Part shown: piece after piece, positions 18,179 through 27,574 of the stretch
Layout: each line of letters begins with the position of its first letter
Numbering within the stretch: the first letter of the stretch is position 1
Notes under the pieces: generated by a model
Databases searched by the model: none
What the model saw: the letters and a program-made list of their open reading frames with translations, nothing else
What the model was told of the DNA's origin: nothing
Made by a program: the position numbers and the translations under genes
Virus record (IMG/VR): IMGVR_UViG_3300027754_000075
Location: 1-64,000 of that record
Reading direction: 5' to 3' (one strand)
DNA: 64,000 bases
Origin: a virus

Positions 18179-19879
18179 ATGACCGAAGGAACATTATTTA
18201 ACTCTGGATTTTTAGGAGCAAGTTTTAATTGGTGGATCGGACAGATTGCCGATGATTCTTATTGGAGAGATAATATTGTTTCTGGTAAATTTGATGATAA
18301 GAACAATGTTCCTGGATGGGGAAGAAGATATAAAGTTCGTATCATAGGTCTTCACGATCAAGAAGAAGAATCAATAGATTCGGATCAACTTCCCTGGGCC
18401 CAGGTAATGTATCCAATTACTGCTGGTGGAGGTCAGGCAAAGTCTGGAGCAACTTCGGCACTTCGTCAAGGAAACTTTGTATTTGGCTTCTTCTTGGATG
18501 GTGCCGATCAACAAGTTCCTGTAATTATGGGAGTGCTCGGTAATAATGCCCAGACAGCACTGAATACTAAACCAGAGAATTATAAACCTTTCAGTGGATA
18601 TTCAAAAGGAAAAGATCCGGATCCTAATATCAAAGTCCCTGCTGATGGACTTACAACAAAAAAACCTGGATCAAAACCTGCAAGTCCTAAATCTGGTGTA
18701 ACTGCGGGTCCTGGTGGTCTAGATCCATCAAGAACACCAACTAAAAGAGAGTTTGCTGCCGCACAATCTGCAAGAGCAGAAGCAGCAGCAAGAGGTTTAT
18801 CAAAAGAAGCAACAGAAGCATTAGTTGGAGAAAGAACAGTTGCCGCAACAAAAGCAGAAGCAGCAGAATCTCAATCACCAACTTCTCCTACGCAACCAGG
18901 AGCAACGATTGAGCAACCAGATAATCCACATCTTATGTCTGTTGCCGATATACAAAGAAACACTATGTATTTGGAAAAGATCGTAATCTTAAATCCTTGC
19001 GATTTGGTTGGGTCTGCACTGAAAGCAATTCAGACAGAAATAGATAATCTTACAAAGAAAATTGATAGTGTTCTACAAGCAGCACAAAGTTATGTTGATG
19101 CTGCCTCAACTCTTATTAGTGACATACAAAAACTAATTGCAGATGTTGCTTGTATTATTGCAAAATATCTGAAAATGATTTTTGATAAGATTTTAGAATA
19201 TATTCTCAAAAAAATAAATTGTGCTCTTGCACCAGCAACTGATGCAATACCACCAAACTTAAGATTTAAGTTTTTTGATATTCGTGAAAAAATCACCGAA
19301 TTGATTAATTGTTTATTCAGTAAAATTACAAATGGACTCTGTGGTCAGGTTCAGGGATTTTTAAACGATCAGACAGGAACCGGATCAAATTCTACACTTG
19401 ATACAAAAACCATTATTCAAAATGGGTATACTACAACCACTCCGATTTGTTCTGTAGAAATTTTAACAGGGCAAATGATTGCACTTAATCTTCCACAAAT
19501 TGTTGAGGGAATTGATACTTCTCTGAATAGTGTATCTAATTTTTTAGAAGACATTCAATCACTTCTGTCCGATGTGAGTGGAACAATTTCGGACATCTCT
19601 GGAATTGTAAATGGAATTTCTGGAAGTCTATCTGCTGCAATGAACTTTACAAATTTGAGTGTGAATATTTTTGGTTGTGATTTAGGATTAAGTTGTCCTG
19701 CATCAGATTATTATACTTTACAGGAGGGTTCTGGTGGTAGTGAAGAAGTGCAGTTACCAAGAATTCCTGCTGTTGCAGCATCTGCACAAAACCCTGTATC
19801 TGTAACTATCCCAGAAGAAGTTCCATATGCATCTCCGACATCAGAGACCAAAGACGTAGATTATAGAGATTATGGATAA
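18179..19879 (+). CDS. gp5: baseplate hub gp5 N-terminal (OB-fold) protein, no lysozyme domain recognised
   Basis: FNWWIGQI, RYKVRIIGLH, LPWAQVMYP, GNFVFGFFLDG..QVPVIMG. Confidence 0.8.
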   Translation: MTEGTLFNSGFLGASFNWWIGQIADDSYWRDNIVSGKFDDKNNVPGWGRRYKVRIIGLHDQEEESIDSDQLPWAQVMYPITAGGGQAKSGATSALRQGNFVFGFFLDGADQQVPVIMGVLGNNAQTALNTKPENYKPFSGYSKGKDPDPNIKVPADGLTTKKPGSKPASPKSGVTAGPGGLDPSRTPTKREFAAAQSARAEAAARGLSKEATEALVGERTVAATKAEAAESQSPTSPTQPGATIEQPDNPHLMSVADIQRNTMYLEKIVILNPCDLVGSALKAIQTEIDNLTKKIDSVLQAAQSYVDAASTLISDIQKLIADVACIIAKYLKMIFDKILEYILKKINCALAPATDAIPPNLRFKFFDIREKITELINCLFSKITNGLCGQVQGFLNDQTGTGSNSTLDTKTIIQNGYTTTTPICSVEILTGQMIALNLPQIVEGIDTSLNSVSNFLEDIQSLLSDVSGTISDISGIVNGISGSLSAAMNFTNLSVNIFGCDLGLSCPASDYYTLQEGSGGSEEVQLPRIPAVAASAQNPVSVTIPEEVPYASPTSETKDVDYRDYG

Positions 19880-19916
19880 ATAGGTATATGAAAGAAAAAA
19901 GTAAGAATTTTAAATA

Positions 19917-22900
19917 ATGGCAACTCAAGAATCATTTCTTAATTTATCATATGATACTAAAAACACGAGAATCAATCAACTAATTGATCAGATTTTTAAG
20001 GATGTTTCAGAGGATGACATTAAAGTTGGACTTATTGATCCGATTTTAGGATATGTTGTAGAAGTTAGTATTTGTGAGGCAAATGATTATGCAAAAGATA
20101 ATCCTGGAACTGCCTTTATTTTTAGAGATGCAAATAATTCAATTCAATATTTAAATATTAATGAAGTTAATGCCCTGACTCCAGAAGTTCTTGTTTCTTC
20201 TGCAAGTACTTGTAGTGGAATTCAGACTCGTAAAAAATGTGGAGAAGGACCACCAAGAATTCAATTTTTTGGTGGTGGTGGTGTTGGTGCTCAGGCAAAT
20301 GCAATCGTAGGAGTTGATGGTGCGATTCTGGCAGTTGATGTAATTACAGGTGGGTTTGGATATCAATATCCACCTATAGTGAGAGCAATTGATGAATGTC
20401 AGTATGGCAGTGGTGCTACTTTGTCATCAGAACTCGGTGAACTTTCAGAAACCTTCGTAACATTTGAAGACGAAAATGATTTTGAAGATTATGAAATCTG
20501 TCCAGATACAACTGTTGGATATGGTAGAAATTGGGGTCCTAATGGTGAAGATTTAGGTCCTTGGGAACCTGAAACTTATACAGATGTTGGTAAAGATCCT
20601 ATTCGTGAAGAGATTGATGCCTATCAAAAATCACTTCTAAAAACAAGTAATCCATTTTGGACGACAAAATCAACTCCACCAAAATCAATTACTGCTGCGG
20701 GTAAAAAATATAACATTCCATATGTCGTCACAGACTTTAGGTGGAGTGATTTTATGAATCTATATGCCATTTCACCTGTTCCACCATCAAATGTAAGTGG
20801 AACTGATGAGGCAGGAAAACTTTTTGTCTTTGATTGGGATGTAGATTTTCCATACGATGGAGAATATACCTTTAGAGGATTATGTGATAATGTATCAAAA
20901 TTATATGTAGATAATATTCAATTATTTGATCTTGGAAGTTTTAATGATGCGGTGCGACCAACAAAAAAAGAATTAAAGGCAGGTCCACATAACATTCGTA
21001 TTGATTTATTAAATCTTCCAATTTTAGAAGTTGAAAGAAAACAAAATAAAAAACCAGATGTAATTAGACGACCTGGTTTTGATACGACTACAACGACAAT
21101 TGAACCTGGAATTTATCTTGATTTAACTCAATATCGTGCCGATGAAGAAGTTTATTGTAATTTTGGAACATTATTTACTGATGGACCATCACTTAATATC
21201 CCTGAAGTTGGTATTGTGGAAGGAAGAACTGATGGATTTGCAGGAAAGGCAATTACTGTAGGTCCTGGAGCAAGACCTCTGGGTGGTGATTTTGGAGGAG
21301 AAGTATTTTTGAAGGGAGGAAGACTTTATGGTCCGATTACGATTGTTCCAAATCCAGAGTATAAACGATCTGATCTTTTTATTGGAATGGCTGCCGGAAT
21401 GATTAATGATGCTAATGTTGAACTGAATCAAAATACTGCATTTTATGGATCAAACCAATCCTGGGTTCCGTATATATCTCACATTCAAAGTTTGACTGGT
21501 AGAGGTGCAGAAGGAGAAGGAAGTGGATTTGCTGGTACATTATTTCAGGAATCTTTGAATGCCTTTGCAATACTTGATAAATTTAGACCAGAAGATCCTG
21601 ATAATAATAACTATACTCCTATTAAATATGAAGGAGTTACTTCTTTTACTCTCACAACTTCAGGTGGATTTTTTAGAAGAATTACTCAACCAATCACCAC
21701 ATCATCAACTGTAAGAAAATCAACTTATGTAGAAATCGAAGAACCTGTATTTGAGGTTGTAGGAAATGCTACTGTAGATGTTCCAAGAGCATCAGCACCA
21801 TCTACGATTCGAAATGAAAATATTTTTAATACCGTCGATTATATCTCAAAGGCAAATCGTACTCTTTGGAGAACAAATCCAGCAGCATCACTCACATCGG
21901 GTTTACTTGATCGTTATGGTGTATGTCCTTTTGATACTTCAAGTGCAGAGGCACAGGTTGAATCATTTGCAGGAATTCATACTATTATTTGGAATAATAT
22001 AAACTTTCCGGTCACTGGTGATTATAGAATTCAAATTGCTGTGGATGATAATGTCTCTCTTTATATTGGTGAAACTTTAATTCGTAAAGAAGGTTTTTAT
22101 GCACCAGGAAAAAGAAATCCAGATTTAGATCAAGTTTATACATTCAATCAAGGAAACTATACGATTCGTGCAGAGTTAGAAAATATTGAAGTTGGACCGA
22201 TTGCTATAAGAAACCCAATGGTTCTTGCAGTCAATATTGAGACTACATTTACAACCGGAGAAGTTGTATCCCCAAAATCTTTTAATGAAAATCCAATGGG
22301 AATTTCGGTGAGTATTGATGCCCCACCACTTCCTGTTCCAAAAGAACCAGCACCAATTCAAACTGGAAGATGCCCTCCAAGTCCAATCTGGTCAACAAGA
22401 TTGCCAACATCAAAGGAACAGTGGTATCCAGTGAGACGTACTACAGGTGATCCAACCAAGGGAACTGCCTGGTCCAAATTTATGAATCGGTATGCAATCT
22501 CACCAGTTCCACCATTTGATGTTGATGAAACTGATAGTGCAGGAGTTAATTTTATAAACACCTGGACTGTTGAACTTCCATATCCTGGATTTTATGGAGT
22601 TCGTGGAACTGTAGATAATAGTGGAAGAGTTTTAATTGATGGAAAAGAAGTATCAAAGTTAGATTCATTTGGTGTATCCAATCCAAGATTAGAAAAAGTT
22701 TATTTGGAAAAAGGATCTCATCAAATTGAAGTTGAAGTTTTTAATACACCTATAGAAAGAGCATTTGATATTCCAATCAAAGTTTTTAGTACCAGAGATT
22801 GGGAAGTATCTGTTCCATCCGCAGGACCATCGGTGAGTGATATAATACTGGTCGATATGCTTCGGTATTATACTGAAGATTTTAGTGGACCAGCAGGTGC

Positions 22901-24746
22901 AACACACTTTTTTACCACTAATCCAGCAAACGAATTTATAGAAGGAAATCTTTTAAAACCTGAAAATTCTCAAGGTTCTGCGTGGAAGATGTTTAAAGAA
23001 TCTACAAATGTTGCCGGAACAGTTCCAGTGTATCGTTTATTTAATGGTGGAGATCACTTATATACAATTGATGGTGGTGAAAAAAGTTCTGCAATAAGAA
23101 GTGGATATTCCTTTGAAGGAATTGTTGGTCTTGTATACTCACAACCAGGACCAGATCGAATTGAAGTTTTTAGATTTTATAGACCTCCTGGAGTTGGTGG
23201 ATCTGGTCCGATTCCAGGAGAACATTTTTATACTGCAGATACAAATGAAATACCAACATTACCTGCACTTGGTTATGTAAGTGAAGGTATTGCATTTTAT
23301 GCTCCTACTGCAATACCAAATGCAGCACCTGCAAATACCGACACAAAAATTGCAACAAGACCTTATGGTTCCGGAACAAATAAAGATGGTGTGACTTATG
23401 AAGGTCCTGCTCTTGCAAGTTATGTTCCTGGTTTGATATCTCCGTTCTTTGAGAACACTCTGACTCCAACAGAAGAAATTCAGGGAAAAACATTTATTAT
23501 GACTTGGAGAAATGTTGATTTCCCTGAAGATGGTAAATATAATCTAACTGCACTAGCAGATGATTTAGTAATCGTTCGAGTTGATGGAGTAGAGGTAGGA
23601 AGGGCTAAGGTATTTGAGGACAGAAGAACATTTTTGTTTAATGCAACAAAAGGAAAAAGAACAGTACAATTAGAACTTTCAAATATTAGAGTACCAAATA
23701 CTGGATTCAGAGAAAATCCTGTGGTGACTTTTGTAGAGATTATTAAAAACTCATCAGTCAGTAAAGTTGCTCCTCTTCCCTGGACAACAAATCCTATTGG
23801 TGTTTCTGCGATTTTAATTCCACCACCCTGTCCTAAACTAGTTAAGGGAAAGGGAATTATATCAAGAGTGATTGTAGAAGATCCTGGAAATGGTTATGCC
23901 TGTCCTCCTGGACTAAAACTGAATCCAGAAACCGGAAAATGTGAACCTCCACCCAAAGAATGTCCTGAAGGTCAAACACTGGATCCAAAAACCGGAGAAT
24001 GTATCAATCTTTGTCCAGATGATAAAGTATATGATAAAGTCACTAAAAAATGTATCACACCACCGATTGATTGTCCTCCAGGTCAGAAATATGACCCAGT
24101 AACTCAAAGATGTGTAGATTTACCACCAGGACCACAACCACCAGGACCACAACCACCAACAGGTGAATTGCCCCCTCCACCACAATATCCTGTTTGTCTA
24201 ATACTTGATGATGTAGTTGTCGAAAATCCTGGAATCAACTATAATTGTGGAGTAGATGAACTTCAAATTGTTCCGGATAATGGTGTAATTTTAGATTATG
24301 TTTGTGATTCTTTTGGAAGAATCTCTAGAGTCAAAATTCTAGATAATGGTACTTGTTTCCCAGAATCTCCTACAATCACTATGGTATCGGATACTGGAGT
24401 GAATGCTTCCTTCCGACCAGTATTCAGAGTTGTAAGAGATCCGATTGATCCTGCTCTGACCAGAGACAATCAGAAACTCATTCAGGTTACCGATCTTGTT
24501 GGTCTCAAACAAACTGGATACATAGATGGAAGACCTTATTATGGTGCCGTTTTCTATGAAAATGGTATTCGTTATGCAGGATACTATAAGACAGTCGGAA
24601 CACTCATTCGTGTTTATGATACTCTTCAAGAAAGCATCACGGCAGAAGTCACAACTGCTCCAAGTGCAATTGAGAAGTTTGGTACCGATAACAATAGCAA
24701 CAATCCCAGACTTAATATTCCTGGAACTCCCACAAACCTCATTTAA
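19917..24746 (+). CDS. large virion structural protein with PA14-like repeats, a DUF5648-like insert and Cys-rich repeats
   Basis: Four repeats resembling W.V.FP..G.Y.....D.....IDG; HFFT...VPVYRLFN..DHLYT repeats; CPxG/CPDD repeats near the C-terminus. Confidence 0.7.
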   Translation: MATQESFLNLSYDTKNTRINQLIDQIFKDVSEDDIKVGLIDPILGYVVEVSICEANDYAKDNPGTAFIFRDANNSIQYLNINEVNALTPEVLVSSASTCSGIQTRKKCGEGPPRIQFFGGGGVGAQANAIVGVDGAILAVDVITGGFGYQYPPIVRAIDECQYGSGATLSSELGELSETFVTFEDENDFEDYEICPDTTVGYGRNWGPNGEDLGPWEPETYTDVGKDPIREEIDAYQKSLLKTSNPFWTTKSTPPKSITAAGKKYNIPYVVTDFRWSDFMNLYAISPVPPSNVSGTDEAGKLFVFDWDVDFPYDGEYTFRGLCDNVSKLYVDNIQLFDLGSFNDAVRPTKKELKAGPHNIRIDLLNLPILEVERKQNKKPDVIRRPGFDTTTTTIEPGIYLDLTQYRADEEVYCNFGTLFTDGPSLNIPEVGIVEGRTDGFAGKAITVGPGARPLGGDFGGEVFLKGGRLYGPITIVPNPEYKRSDLFIGMAAGMINDANVELNQNTAFYGSNQSWVPYISHIQSLTGRGAEGEGSGFAGTLFQESLNAFAILDKFRPEDPDNNNYTPIKYEGVTSFTLTTSGGFFRRITQPITTSSTVRKSTYVEIEEPVFEVVGNATVDVPRASAPSTIRNENIFNTVDYISKANRTLWRTNPAASLTSGLLDRYGVCPFDTSSAEAQVESFAGIHTIIWNNINFPVTGDYRIQIAVDDNVSLYIGETLIRKEGFYAPGKRNPDLDQVYTFNQGNYTIRAELENIEVGPIAIRNPMVLAVNIETTFTTGEVVSPKSFNENPMGISVSIDAPPLPVPKEPAPIQTGRCPPSPIWSTRLPTSKEQWYPVRRTTGDPTKGTAWSKFMNRYAISPVPPFDVDETDSAGVNFINTWTVELPYPGFYGVRGTVDNSGRVLIDGKEVSKLDSFGVSNPRLEKVYLEKGSHQIEVEVFNTPIERAFDIPIKVFSTRDWEVSVPSAGPSVSDIILVDMLRYYTEDFSGPAGATHFFTTNPANEFIEGNLLKPENSQGSAWKMFKESTNVAGTVPVYRLFNGGDHLYTIDGGEKSSAIRSGYSFEGIVGLVYSQPGPDRIEVFRFYRPPGVGGSGPIPGEHFYTADTNEIPTLPALGYVSEGIAFYAPTAIPNAAPANTDTKIATRPYGSGTNKDGVTYEGPALASYVPGLISPFFENTLTPTEEIQGKTFIMTWRNVDFPEDGKYNLTALADDLVIVRVDGVEVGRAKVFEDRRTFLFNATKGKRTVQLELSNIRVPNTGFRENPVVTFVEIIKNSSVSKVAPLPWTTNPIGVSAILIPPPCPKLVKGKGIISRVIVEDPGNGYACPPGLKLNPETGKCEPPPKECPEGQTLDPKTGECINLCPDDKVYDKVTKKCITPPIDCPPGQKYDPVTQRCVDLPPGPQPPGPQPPTGELPPPPQYPVCLILDDVVVENPGINYNCGVDELQIVPDNGVILDYVCDSFGRISRVKILDNGTCFPESPTITMVSDTGVNASFRPVFRVVRDPIDPALTRDNQKLIQVTDLVGLKQTGYIDGRPYYGAVFYENGIRYAGYYKTVGTLIRVYDTLQESITAEVTTAPSAIEKFGTDNNSNNPRLNIPGTPTNLI

Positions 24747-24758
24747 TTTTTATATCTA

Positions 24759-25379
24759 ATGTCATCTGCAACAAATACTGTTAACGATAGATCTGGTAAC
24801 ACAACTTCTCACAAAACATATACTGCAAATTGTATTGGAAGTAATGATCATGGATCAATTACTTTAGGTCATCTTCATAAACCAGGTGATGTAATTGCAG
24901 ATGTTTTAATTCAGGCTTCTGATGGAAGACATTCGATTGTTCTAGATAAGGATGGTCCCAGAAAAGCATGTACTCAAATCACTGCTCCAGGTAGAATTTC
25001 AATCGTATCGGGAGAAGATAAAAAGGAGGCAGAAGATACTTTGGTGATTTGTGCAAAAAATGGAAACATTGACATTATTGCAAGAAATGGTAAAATTAGA
25101 ATGCAAGCAACCGATATTGAAATGGTTGCTGTGGGTGAAGGAGGAAGCAAGGGAAATATTACAATGAATGCAAGTGAAAATATAAAAATGGACGGAAAAA
25201 AAGTTTTGGTAAATGCCAAGACTTTTCTAAAACTAGCAAGTCCTGGAAATGTAGAAATGGCAGCAAATAGTGGTATGAAAATATACTCATCAATGATTCG
25301 TCAAATTACTGATGCAGTTGCAGTCAAAGATAGTAAGGTTGGTGGAAAGGATTTTCAGTCTAAAGAATCTTGTAAATAA
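24759..25379 (+). CDS. gp5 C-terminal beta-helix-like spike protein
   Basis: Short beta-strand repeats AKNGNIDIIARNGKIRMQATDIEM, GNITMNASENIKMDGK. Confidence 0.55.
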   Translation: MSSATNTVNDRSGNTTSHKTYTANCIGSNDHGSITLGHLHKPGDVIADVLIQASDGRHSIVLDKDGPRKACTQITAPGRISIVSGEDKKEAEDTLVICAKNGNIDIIARNGKIRMQATDIEMVAVGEGGSKGNITMNASENIKMDGKKVLVNAKTFLKLASPGNVEMAANSGMKIYSSMIRQITDAVAVKDSKVGGKDFQSKESCK

Positions 25380-25391
25380 GAGGTAAAACAA

Positions 25392-26054
25392 ATGTCAGAT
25401 TGTGTAGATGATATTGCAGTAGGTGGACAACTTGTTGTAGGTGCTGGTGTACCAGTTGCACTTGGAGTTGGTCCCACAAAAATCAGAGGTTCTTCTTTTG
25501 TAGAAGGACCATTACAGGTTGGTGCGGCACAACAATTTTCAACCGCACAGGCATCACTAATGGTCGGAATTTCTGCAAATGAAGATGTAAAAACTGCACC
25601 AATATATTCTCTTTGGTGTAAATTAATGGCAAGGTTTGAAAAATTTGTAAGAGTTGATGAACTTCTAAAATCAAGGTTTATTGAGGCAGATATTGTAAGA
25701 ACAAGAATTCTTCAGGCATCAATCAAAAACTTTATTATTGACCATCCTACGAAACCAGAAAAGAAACTCATTCATTCTTGTTTAGAAGGTCCAGAAAACG
25801 CAGTATATTGTCGTGGAAAAGTTCTGAATCGAACAGAAATTGAACTCCCGGAATACTGGACAAAATTGATTGATGAAACTACTATTACAGTCTCTCTCAC
25901 TCCAATTGGAGCACATCAGGATATTATTGTAAAAAGAATTGGGGATAATAAGGTCTATCTTCAGTCCAAATCTGGAATTCCAATCAATTGTTTTTATCAT
26001 ATCTTTGCAACAAGAAGAGATGTAGAAATATTGATTACTGAGGTTGATGCATAA
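25392..26054 (+). CDS. putative spike/fibre protein with C-terminal chaperone-like domain
   Basis: KNFIIDHPTKP..KLIHSCLEGPENAVYCRGK...IELPEYW domain. Confidence 0.6.
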   Translation: MSDCVDDIAVGGQLVVGAGVPVALGVGPTKIRGSSFVEGPLQVGAAQQFSTAQASLMVGISANEDVKTAPIYSLWCKLMARFEKFVRVDELLKSRFIEADIVRTRILQASIKNFIIDHPTKPEKKLIHSCLEGPENAVYCRGKVLNRTEIELPEYWTKLIDETTITVSLTPIGAHQDIIVKRIGDNKVYLQSKSGIPINCFYHIFATRRDVEILITEVDA

Positions 26055-26794
26055 TGGCATTTTCATTTCAGAATTATGGAACATTTTCGGGTCCCGGAGC
26101 ACAATATACCTTTCGTCAAAATGATGATTTTACAAATATATTTGAGGACCCAACATTTAATTTAGATGATGTCTCAATGGTACTCTTGAGTACTCCATCA
26201 GATTATGTTTACTTACATTTAGATGGTACAAGTACTGCAAATGTAACTTTGGAAAGAAGCACTGGTCCGATTACACAATTTTTCGTTGATGCAACAACTT
26301 CATATTTTAATGGCAGTGTAACTATTGATCTAAATTTAAATGTTCTTGGAACATTAACTGTTTCTGGTGTTAACATAATCTCAGACATTAATCTTGCAAA
26401 AGCACTTCCTGCAAAACCGTTTGATATTCCACATCCCTCCAAACCAGAAACACATCGTCTGCGATATATTAGTTTAGAAGGACCAGAAATTGCAGTATAT
26501 TTTCGTGGAAAATTGGAAGATACAAATGTAATTGAACTTCCAGAATATTGGAAAGATTTGATTCATCTAGAGTCAATAAGTGTAAACTTAACACCATATG
26601 GAACTTATCAAGAACTTTATGTGGAAAAAATAGTCTGGGGACAAAAAATCATAATCAAAAATAGAGAAAGTGGACCAACAAATTGTTATTTTACTGTTTA
26701 TGCAGAAAGAAAAGATATGGAAAAATTGATTGTTGAATATGAGGGAATATCTGTCAAAGATTATCCGGGACAAGATTGGTTAAATTTGAGATAA
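26054..26794 (+). CDS. paralogous spike/fibre protein with the same C-terminal domain
   Basis: KPFDIPHPSKP..RLRYISLEGPEIAVYFRGK...IELPEYW; TAATG-coupled to the previous gene. Confidence 0.6.
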   Translation: MAFSFQNYGTFSGPGAQYTFRQNDDFTNIFEDPTFNLDDVSMVLLSTPSDYVYLHLDGTSTANVTLERSTGPITQFFVDATTSYFNGSVTIDLNLNVLGTLTVSGVNIISDINLAKALPAKPFDIPHPSKPETHRLRYISLEGPEIAVYFRGKLEDTNVIELPEYWKDLIHLESISVNLTPYGTYQELYVEKIVWGQKIIIKNRESGPTNCYFTVYAERKDMEKLIVEYEGISVKDYPGQDWLNLR

Positions 26795-26799
26795 ATCCC

Positions 26800-26828
26800 T
26801 TGACAAAACCTCCCCAGTGTCCTATAAT
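26800..26828 (+). promoter_or_regulatory. consensus sigma70-type (early) promoter
   Basis: TTGACA (26800-26805), 17 nt, TATAAT (26823-26828). Confidence 0.85.
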
Positions 26829-26843
26829 ACATAAGCAATCAAA

Positions 26844-27032
26844 ATGACTCAAATGCAAGAAGAGTATCTGACAAGATGCGTTGTAGACACCCTCAAAAGA
26901 ACAGTATATTTGTATTCTAACGAAGGTGGTGAGAAGAAAGTGTCCTGTGACACTGTAGATGAGTTTATGAATGTATTACAATATGTTCGTAGTACATTAG
27001 AAGAAGATAAATTAGTATATACAGGCCCCTGA
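26844..27032 (+). CDS. small hypothetical (early) protein
   Basis: 62-aa ORF directly after the consensus promoter. Confidence 0.7.
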   Translation: MTQMQEEYLTRCVVDTLKRTVYLYSNEGGEKKVSCDTVDEFMNVLQYVRSTLEEDKLVYTGP

Positions 27033-27043
27033 TAAAACATAAA

Positions 27044-27211
27044 ATGTCATTACTATCACAAAAAGACAGACAACTTGCTCTCGAAGCACTAGATTTCTAC
27101 TTATTCAGTAAAGGTAATGATTTTACTGAAGAAAAGAGGGCAGAAGTAAATGCTCTTCTGAATTGGGTTAACCTGGAATTCTATAAAAATGATCATAAAT
27201 CTCTGGTATAA
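27044..27211 (+). CDS. small hypothetical protein (not in ORF track)
   Basis: 55 aa MSLLSQKDRQLALEALDFY...LLNWVNLEFYKNDHKSLV. Confidence 0.65.
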   Translation: MSLLSQKDRQLALEALDFYLFSKGNDFTEEKRAEVNALLNWVNLEFYKNDHKSLV

Positions 27212-27359
27212 TAAAGATATGAATCAGTGGAGATGGACACTTACAGACCCATCCACTTTTGATATGGAATCGGGGCAAAGTTTAAATCTCCGTGATGCGA
27301 TGAACGATGTTGCAAATACTGTTGAATATCTTATCAGTAAATCAAAACAAAGTGAGTAA
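27189..27359 (+). CDS. small hypothetical protein (not in ORF track)
   Basis: 56 aa MIINLWYNKDMNQWRWTLT...DAMNDVANTVEYL; overlaps the previous ORF. Confidence 0.65.
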   Translation: MIINLWYNKDMNQWRWTLTDPSTFDMESGQSLNLRDAMNDVANTVEYLISKSKQSE

Positions 27360-27504
27360 TATTACTCACAAAAATCATACATAAAAGAGTAAGCAAGAAT
27401 TTTTACTCGTGGATTATTTTCACGCATTTCTTTTAAGTTATTCTGTAATGATATGTGCTCTTATCATTAAAATATCCAGATATTAAACTTTCTTTTTGTA
27501 AATC

Positions 27505-27530
27505 CAAAACCTCCAATGAAGGAGGTTTTG
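27505..27530. terminator. intrinsic terminator-like hairpin (possibly bidirectional)
   Basis: CAAAACCTCC-aatgaa-GGAGGTTTTG perfect 10-bp stem. Confidence 0.65.
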
Positions 27531-27537
27531 TTGTATG

Positions 27538-27544
27538 ATAAATA
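27538..27544 (+). promoter_or_regulatory. late promoter core ATAAATA
   Basis: 30 nt upstream of the 1954-aa fibre gene. Confidence 0.6.
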
Positions 27545-27574
27545 ACTTATAACGGAAACTATAAGTAATAAAAA

